Positions 58,920 through 64,000 of a stretch of 64,000 bases of DNA are shown here, piece after piece. The stretch's first letter is position 1, and each line of letters starts with the position of its first letter. The position numbers were made by a program, and so were the translations under genes. Location of the stretch: positions 1 to 64,000 of the IMG/VR virus record IMGVR_UViG_3300042465_005589. One strand, written 5' to 3'. The notes beneath the pieces are model-generated. The model saw only the letters and a list, made by a program, of their open reading frames with translations, was not told the DNA's origin and did no database searches.

Positions 58920-59741
58920 TTAAAATGATTTAAAATACTTACTGTCAACTTTAAACGGGTACTTTTTATATCCCAACCCCTCAATCATCTTTTTACCTGT
59001 CTCTATTCCACTATAAACATCTTCAACAACAACATACTCATTTGGGGTGTGATAGTTGTAATAACCTATCGCAAAATTGATACAGGAGAAATCAAAGATA
59101 TTCTTTAATGCGTAAACATCAGTATATGGATGTGATTGATAATCATGTCTCCCATTAAATCCTTCATTCAATGCAACATCACAAATATTAAAGAATTCAC
59201 CACCTCTTTCAAACAGTTGTGTCCCCATACAATATTCGCTTACCATAACATTTCCCGGAGCGTCAAACTGAATACCGTATCCAACATTTAAAAAGAAATT
59301 TGGGTCGGCTTTTTTGGACCCATGACATCCGGTTTCTTCTGATACAAAGAAAGCGGCTTTTAAATTTGGTAATTCTTTCAATAGTTCCAAACAAGCAAAA
59401 ACTCCACATTTATCGTCTCCCCCAATACCAGTTGGGTGTCCGAAATGATTATAAGCCTTTAACGATGGTTTAGGTATTTTTTGTTCATTTGGTAATATTT
59501 CCTCACGAATAATAATATTGTCTAAAGAGTGAACAGTATCTGTATGTGCAATAACACAAGGAAAGTAATCAATAAATTCGTCCGTTTGTTTAACAGCGTA
59601 AATATTTTTATGTTCGTCCACATTGAAGGGAATCCCATTTTGTTCTAACCAATTGATTAGAAATTCTACCATAAGGTCTTCTTGATAAGTTTTTGTCGGG
59701 ACCGACAAGACTTGTTTTAATAATTCATAATCTTTTTCCAT
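58920..59741 (-). CDS. M20/M28-clan zinc peptidase-like protein
   Basis: AHTDTV, GGDDKCG, EETGCHGS, YTD, YHTPNE. Confidence 0.8.
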   Translation of the reverse strand: MEKDYELLKQVLSVPTKTYQEDLMVEFLINWLEQNGIPFNVDEHKNIYAVKQTDEFIDYFPCVIAHTDTVHSLDNIIIREEILPNEQKIPKPSLKAYNHFGHPTGIGGDDKCGVFACLELLKELPNLKAAFFVSEETGCHGSKKADPNFFLNVGYGIQFDAPGNVMVSEYCMGTQLFERGGEFFNICDVALNEGFNGRHDYQSHPYTDVYALKNIFDFSCINFAIGYYNYHTPNEYVVVEDVYSGIETGKKMIEGLGYKKYPFKVDSKYFKSF

Positions 59742-59745
59742 AACG

Positions 59746-59753
59746 CAAATATA
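59746..59753 (-). promoter_or_regulatory. Bacteroidota sigma-A -7 element
   Basis: TATATTTG on minus strand, 4 nt before ATG 59741. Confidence 0.6.
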
Positions 59754-59783
59754 GGGAAAATAATTAAAAATTTAAAGATAACA

Positions 59784-61148
59784 TTAATTTATTCTAATAA
59801 ATCCTTCAAATAATTCAGGAGAAACTAAAAAATTATTAAATTCTTCTTCAGTGTAACTTCTATCTTCCATACCACCATCTTTTTTAAAAACTTGAACAAT
59901 TATTTTATTTGTTGCCGGGTCAATTTTTCTAATAAAAAACTCTCTACCTGATTTAGTTTTATATCTATTATTCATTTTATAATTTTGAGCAATTCGGTTA
60001 TATAATTCTGAATATCCATGAATATCGGCAAACTCATCAGAATCCTCTATTTTTTCAAATATTTTATCTAATTGTTTTTCAACGACATTATTATAATATA
60101 CCTCATCAAAGTCTTCACAATATATCTCCCATCTATTTTCGTCCCATCCACCAATATTACTATCTCTGTGTCCAATATCTTTAAGTAAATCATATAAACT
60201 TAATGTTTTATCCCCAACACTATTATATATTGATAATAATATACCTACTGTGGTATAATATTCTCTAAAACAATTTTGTCTAATTAATCCATAATTTGAA
60301 AAATAATCACAAACATCTCCTTCTATCCATTTTTCAGCCCCTTTATTTTTACAAGCATTTTCTTCATTAACCCAATCACTAAGTATATAATCGATTTCGT
60401 TCGGAAACATACTTTCAACCGTTTTTGATGCCGCCGATTTTACTTCATCATTTTCCAAATTAGCCACACCTGGACTAATAAGTTTTAGTATTTGTTTAAA
60501 TTTAATAAGATTTTCGTCGGAAAAAGAATGTATTAAATAACCTTCATCCCATTCATTCGATGCGTGGTCGTAATCAACAAAATCAAACATCCCATAATCA
60601 GAATAGACTGATTCCGCAAACGAAATATCGTATTCATCAAGTTCAAATAATTTTAAGTAATCTTCCATTTCATCAAAAGAAAGTTTAACCATACTTTTAT
60701 TTGGATTTTTTTCGTTATATATAAATTTCCAAATAAGACTATCAGCCCTTTCCATTTGATTAGTAGTCACTTTTTCACCGTTTTTAACCGCTAACAATAA
60801 TTTGTACACATCTGATTGTCCAACAATATTATCAATAACTGATTTAACCTCATCCGGTAAATCTGACTCAAATTCATGACGATTCATTTCTCTATGTCTA
60901 CGAACTTCACTACCATAATATTCTATTTTATTATCTTGTGTTTTATGAATAACTGATGTTTGGATTGGCTCCTTATCTTTATCTATAATAAAGTAAGTGT
61001 CCCCCTCTCTATACTTATTCCACTCAGATTTATAGTTTTCCGGAGCGTAATATACAAAGGAATCGTAATCCAATGGGTCTACGACCATCCAATCTTCATT
61101 ATCTAATAGTATGTTTTTTGTTCCGTTAAAGTCCTTCGTATCAGGCAT
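59784..61148 (-). CDS. hypothetical acidic protein
   Basis: 454 aa; late motif 61166-61172. Confidence 0.65.
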   Translation of the reverse strand: MPDTKDFNGTKNILLDNEDWMVVDPLDYDSFVYYAPENYKSEWNKYREGDTYFIIDKDKEPIQTSVIHKTQDNKIEYYGSEVRRHREMNRHEFESDLPDEVKSVIDNIVGQSDVYKLLLAVKNGEKVTTNQMERADSLIWKFIYNEKNPNKSMVKLSFDEMEDYLKLFELDEYDISFAESVYSDYGMFDFVDYDHASNEWDEGYLIHSFSDENLIKFKQILKLISPGVANLENDEVKSAASKTVESMFPNEIDYILSDWVNEENACKNKGAEKWIEGDVCDYFSNYGLIRQNCFREYYTTVGILLSIYNSVGDKTLSLYDLLKDIGHRDSNIGGWDENRWEIYCEDFDEVYYNNVVEKQLDKIFEKIEDSDEFADIHGYSELYNRIAQNYKMNNRYKTKSGREFFIRKIDPATNKIIVQVFKKDGGMEDRSYTEEEFNNFLVSPELFEGFIRIN

Positions 61149-61180
61149 TGATATTTATTTTAATAATAAATATAATTTTA

Positions 61181-61211
61181 TTTGGATTTATCCAAAAATG
61201 TATTATCTTTG
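61181..61211 (+). promoter_or_regulatory. Bacteroidota sigma-A promoter for tmRNA
   Basis: TTTG 61181-61184, 19-nt spacer, TATCTTTG 61204-61211. Confidence 0.7.
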
Positions 61212-61225
61212 TGGTATCAAAATAT

Positions 61226-61619
61226 GGGAGTGACACGGAATTGACTATTCGTAATAGTTATTCGGGGCACGTAGTGAGATGTTCTCTATCACTTAAATCT
61301 ATGGGTACAACAATTTAGACGGAAACGTTTTAAACAAAATGGCTCTAGTAGGTCTTGTACGTCAAGATGAGCTTGTGAACGTAGCGTAAGCAAACACACA
61401 TTGGGGTCGGTGGACATATAACCCAGCAACAGGAGTCCTTAAAAAGGTGTGGTACCTATCCGAAAAGGTACAAGTGGAGGATTAGTTCTCAGTAAACCGA
61501 ACCACTCTAAAAATAAGGGAATTGTGAAATTTTGGATTGTTAGCTTAAACAATATCCTAAACGTGTAGTCCTTAATAGGTAATACAAGTAACACCGGAGT
61601 TCGAGTCTCCGCACTTCCA
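61226..61619 (+). ncRNA. ssrA: tmRNA
   Basis: 5' GGGAGTG pairs with 3' CACTTCC (G3-U alanine determinant), discriminator A; GGAATTGAC D-loop analogue; T-arm CGGAG-TTCGAGT-CTCCG; tag ORF 61321-61389; smpB nearby; CCA not encoded. Confidence 0.93.
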
Positions 61620-61626
61620 CAAAAAG

Positions 61627-61654
61627 AAAAACCCATCATACGATGGGTTTTTTT
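61627..61654. terminator. bidirectional intrinsic terminator
   Basis: aaaacccatc-atac-gatgggttttttt. Confidence 0.85.
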
Positions 61655-61678
61655 GTTATCAGTTCAAATGTTTATTTT

Positions 61679-62038
61679 TTAATCTTGTAATAAATCCTTT
61701 GTTACCGGATTTAATTTAGTTACTAATTTATCTAATCTTGAATCAATAGTTCTATATACCTCATCAAGACCTTTGTTTGTATCCTCAGCTCTAGCATTTA
61801 TATATCTATTGGTCTCAGCATACAATTCGTCGGTTCGTTTAATCTCACCATCTATACGACGATGTAGGTCATCACCTGTTCTATTTATTTCTGTGAAGAT
61901 GTGTCCTTGTACTTGTTCCAATTGGGAACATTTATTTTTTAATCTTTTAATCTGAATGTACATCATAACCACAACTCCAACTCCCAGTACCCCGAGAACC
62001 AAAACTATACCCATAATGAACGATGTTAAATCTACCAT
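61679..62038 (-). CDS. single-TM coiled-coil membrane protein
   Basis: N-terminal hydrophobic helix FIMGIVLVLGVLGVGVVVMMYI followed by heptads. Confidence 0.7.
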   Translation of the reverse strand: MVDLTSFIMGIVLVLGVLGVGVVVMMYIQIKRLKNKCSQLEQVQGHIFTEINRTGDDLHRRIDGEIKRTDELYAETNRYINARAEDTNKGLDEVYRTIDSRLDKLVTKLNPVTKDLLQD

Positions 62039-62078
62039 AATTTCTTTTTTTTTATTTGTTTATTATTGAACTGATAAT

Positions 62079-62459
62079 TTATTGTTTAACTCCTCCCCAC
62101 AAATAACCATCACCATATGAAGTACATATTTCTTCACCGGGTTGGATTGTTTGTAAAGAGTAAAATTGAAATGCTCGTTTAGTTGGGTGATTTCTCCACA
62201 TTGCGTTATTAGTATCTGAATGATTATATATACATCCATACCCTAATGGTATCACATATTCAGTCCAATTTGGTCCTTGAGGATAACAAAATCTATAATC
62301 ATCAAGTAATCTTGATTGTTCCCATTTTTTTGTTGGTAAAGTCACTAAATGACATTCTTCAATCAACTCATCTTTTTCAATGACATCAATTGCAAATACC
62401 CCCATTCCTTTTCCTGGAGAGGGTTTAATCTCTATTTTGGTCGGTATTAATAAATTCAT
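62079..62459 (-). CDS. SET-domain protein (putative lysine methyltransferase)
   Basis: GKGMGVFA, YNHS, I.PGEEICTSYG. Confidence 0.88.
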   Translation of the reverse strand: MNLLIPTKIEIKPSPGKGMGVFAIDVIEKDELIEECHLVTLPTKKWEQSRLLDDYRFCYPQGPNWTEYVIPLGYGCIYNHSDTNNAMWRNHPTKRAFQFYSLQTIQPGEEICTSYGDGYLWGGVKQ

Positions 62460-62473
62460 AAGTAAATTATAAT

Positions 62474-62502
62474 AAAAAAAGAGACTATTTCAAGTCTCTT
62501 TT
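62474..62502 (-). terminator. intrinsic terminator after smpB
   Basis: aaaaaaagagact...agtctctttt. Confidence 0.7.
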
Positions 62503-62922
62503 CATATCTCTTTCAATGTCCCGAGATTTAATACTGTCTCGTTTATCGTATGTCTTCTTTCCTTTGGCAAGAGCAATCTCCATCTTAACTAACCCGGTAT
62601 CATTTATGAATACACGATAAGGAACGATGGTGGTTCCGTTGATTAGTTCGTTCTCCAATTTATTAAGTTCTTTTCGTTTAAGTAATAGTTTTCTATCCTT
62701 TACGGTCTCGTGAAAGGACCCGAACCCATAATCAGAGATATTCATTCCCTTTATAAACAACTCACCATTGTTGAAGTAACAAAACCCCTCAGATATGGAG
62801 ACCTTTCCCTGACGGATGGACTTTACCTCTGAACCAACTAGTTTGATTCCCACGATTAGTGTCTGTAGGAATGAATACTCAAACTTGGCTTTCTTATTGA
62901 CTATGTTAATTGATTTTTTCAT
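62485..62922 (-). CDS. smpB: SsrA-binding protein SmpB
   Basis: NKKAKFEY, GIKLVGSEVKSIR, RKLLL, ALAKGKKTYDKR. Confidence 0.96.
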   Translation of the reverse strand: MKKSINIVNKKAKFEYSFLQTLIVGIKLVGSEVKSIRQGKVSISEGFCYFNNGELFIKGMNISDYGFGSFHETVKDRKLLLKRKELNKLENELINGTTIVPYRVFINDTGLVKMEIALAKGKKTYDKRDSIKSRDIERDMKRDLK

Positions 62923-62926
62923 ACGA

Positions 62927-62934
62927 CAAAGATA
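62927..62934 (-). promoter_or_regulatory. Bacteroidota sigma-A -7 element
   Basis: TATCTTTG on minus strand, 4 nt before smpB ATG. Confidence 0.6.
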
Positions 62935-62999
62935 ATGATTTTTTTTCTAATAATTATGACTTTTTATACTTTTTGAGATATTTATAATAAAGAGATATT

Positions 63000-63152
63000 A
63001 TGAACCCAAGAAAAAAAGAAGAAGATAAAAAAGTAAAATTTGGAATCTGTGTTGACCCGGTAATATACCAAAAAATGGAAGATGAGATGATTAACAAATC
63101 TCGCCTGATTGAAACACTATTGAAAGAACATTATGGAAAAAAAAGTTTGTAG
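63000..63152 (+). CDS. small ribbon-helix-helix-like protein (50 aa, missing from ORF track)
   Basis: MNPRKKEEDKKVKFGICVDPVIYQKMEDEMINKSRLIETLLKEHYGKKSL; late motif 62979-62985; overlaps HNH start. Confidence 0.6.
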   Translation: MNPRKKEEDKKVKFGICVDPVIYQKMEDEMINKSRLIETLLKEHYGKKSL

Positions 63153-63753
63153 TAAGTGTAAAGAAGAAAAAGAGGTTTGCGAGTTTGGGAAACGAAAAGA
63201 TTCCAAAGATGGTCTGCGAAGTGAATGTAAAAGTTGTGCTAAAGAATGGAGATTAAAGAATCGAGAACATTTATTAAAATATAATAAAAATTGGAAAAAT
63301 TCTAATTCAGAACACGTTTATCATTATCATAAAAAATATAAAGAAGAAAATGATGAAGAATTAAAGAAATATCAAAAAGAATGGTATCTACAAAATAAAA
63401 ATATTCTTAATGAAAAAATAAAACTAAAAAAATTAACAAACCCAATATTTTTAGTTTCGTGTTCAGTTAGAAAAAGAATGTCCGAGTATATTAAAAAAAA
63501 TAATATATTGAAAAAAAATAAAACTTTTAAAGTTGTTGGATTGAACCCTATTGAATTATCTCATTACTTGGAAACTCAATTTACAGAAGGAATGTCTTGG
63601 AATAACTATGGAAAGTATGGGTGGCATATTGACCATATAATTCCGTTATCTTCAGCAAAAAATGAAAATGAACTTTATAAGTTATGTCATTATACTAATC
63701 TCCAACCACTATGGGCAGAAGACAATCTAAAAAAATCAAATAAACTATTATAA
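63133..63753 (+). CDS. HNH endonuclease (putative homing endonuclease)
   Basis: CSKC...CKSC zinc finger, K/E-rich spacer, WHIDHIIP...HYTNLQPLWAEDNLKK. Confidence 0.88.
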   Translation: MEKKVCSKCKEEKEVCEFGKRKDSKDGLRSECKSCAKEWRLKNREHLLKYNKNWKNSNSEHVYHYHKKYKEENDEELKKYQKEWYLQNKNILNEKIKLKKLTNPIFLVSCSVRKRMSEYIKKNNILKKNKTFKVVGLNPIELSHYLETQFTEGMSWNNYGKYGWHIDHIIPLSSAKNENELYKLCHYTNLQPLWAEDNLKKSNKLL

Positions 63754-63756
63754 ACA

Positions 63757-63791
63757 AAAAAAGGTGTCACAAATTAATGTAACACCTTTTT
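63757..63791. terminator. bidirectional intrinsic terminator
   Basis: aaaaaaggtgt...acaccttttt. Confidence 0.8.
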
Positions 63792-63794
63792 GGC

Positions 63795-64000
63795 TTAATA
63801 CGATGAGAATACTCGTCTTATTGAGAATCTTCGGAAGGATTATTGTTTCCCTTCTTTTCCACCATCTTTTGAATGGTAATCCTCATTGCCGATTGGTTAG
63901 ACCAATCACTCCTTAAGATATCATTTACTCTCTCATTATTCAACTCTCTTTAACCTTGCGAGCTAACTCCGGATTCGACTCCGTAGAGGTTTTTGGCGAG
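63795..64000 (-). ncRNA. 3' part of a large structured RNA, possibly GOLLD-like (continues beyond window)
   Basis: GC-richer non-coding stretch with serial hairpins (63834-63854, 63861-63877, 63891-63907), CUCGCAAGG GNRA loop, two UUCUCA motifs, ends at a terminator; family assignment from memory only. Confidence 0.5.

Noticed and set aside
61590-61622. Stand-alone tRNA gene
   Set aside because: The T-arm and acceptor strand pair with the 5' end at 61226, about 390 nt away; this is the tRNA-like domain of tmRNA.
61439-61639. 66-aa minus-strand ORF
   Set aside because: Antisense to the tmRNA 3' half and its terminator; shadow ORF.
61679-62038. Holin or spanin call for the single-TM protein
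   Set aside because: No adjacent endolysin or lipoprotein partner and no late motif; not enough evidence.
1-64000. Stop-codon reassignment as in some large Bacteroidota phages
   Set aside because: Core genes are full length in the standard code, coding density is high, and TAG and TGA both terminate genes (clpC TAG, portal TGA).

Overview
AT-rich segment of a large T4-like (myovirus-type) phage, most likely infecting Bacteroidota: TAnnTTTG host-type promoters, SPase I signal peptides with Gln at +1, and a Bacteroidota-like bS21. Left to right: (i) fibre/adhesin genes, including a partial gene with >800 residues of proline-free Gly-X-Y repeat; (ii) putative internal head proteins, one with a WYL domain; (iii) a glycosyltransferase/sugar-modification and nucleotide-metabolism cluster that contains a dUTPase fractured by a naturally split intein with a free-standing endonuclease between the halves; (iv) PhoH, a gp55-like late sigma factor and baseplate genes; (v) the head module (major capsid, scaffold, prohead protease, bS21, portal, large terminase); (vi) a translation/proteostasis block (N-domain-less ClpC, peptidase, tmRNA with an unusual 22-codon tag, SET protein, SmpB), an RHH+HNH cassette and the 3' end of a probable large structured RNA (GOLLD-like). 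Best candidates for undescribed biology: the split-intein dUTPase lacking the block-B His; a twice-repeated convergent pair of an early secreted small protein and a late OmpA-domain protein that may be capsid-packaged (possible superinfection-exclusion or effector-immunity pairs); a shared leader with LxE sites on diverse late cargo proteins; and a phage tmRNA-SmpB-ClpC rescue/degradation circuit. All product calls come from motif recognition by eye; no database searches were run.
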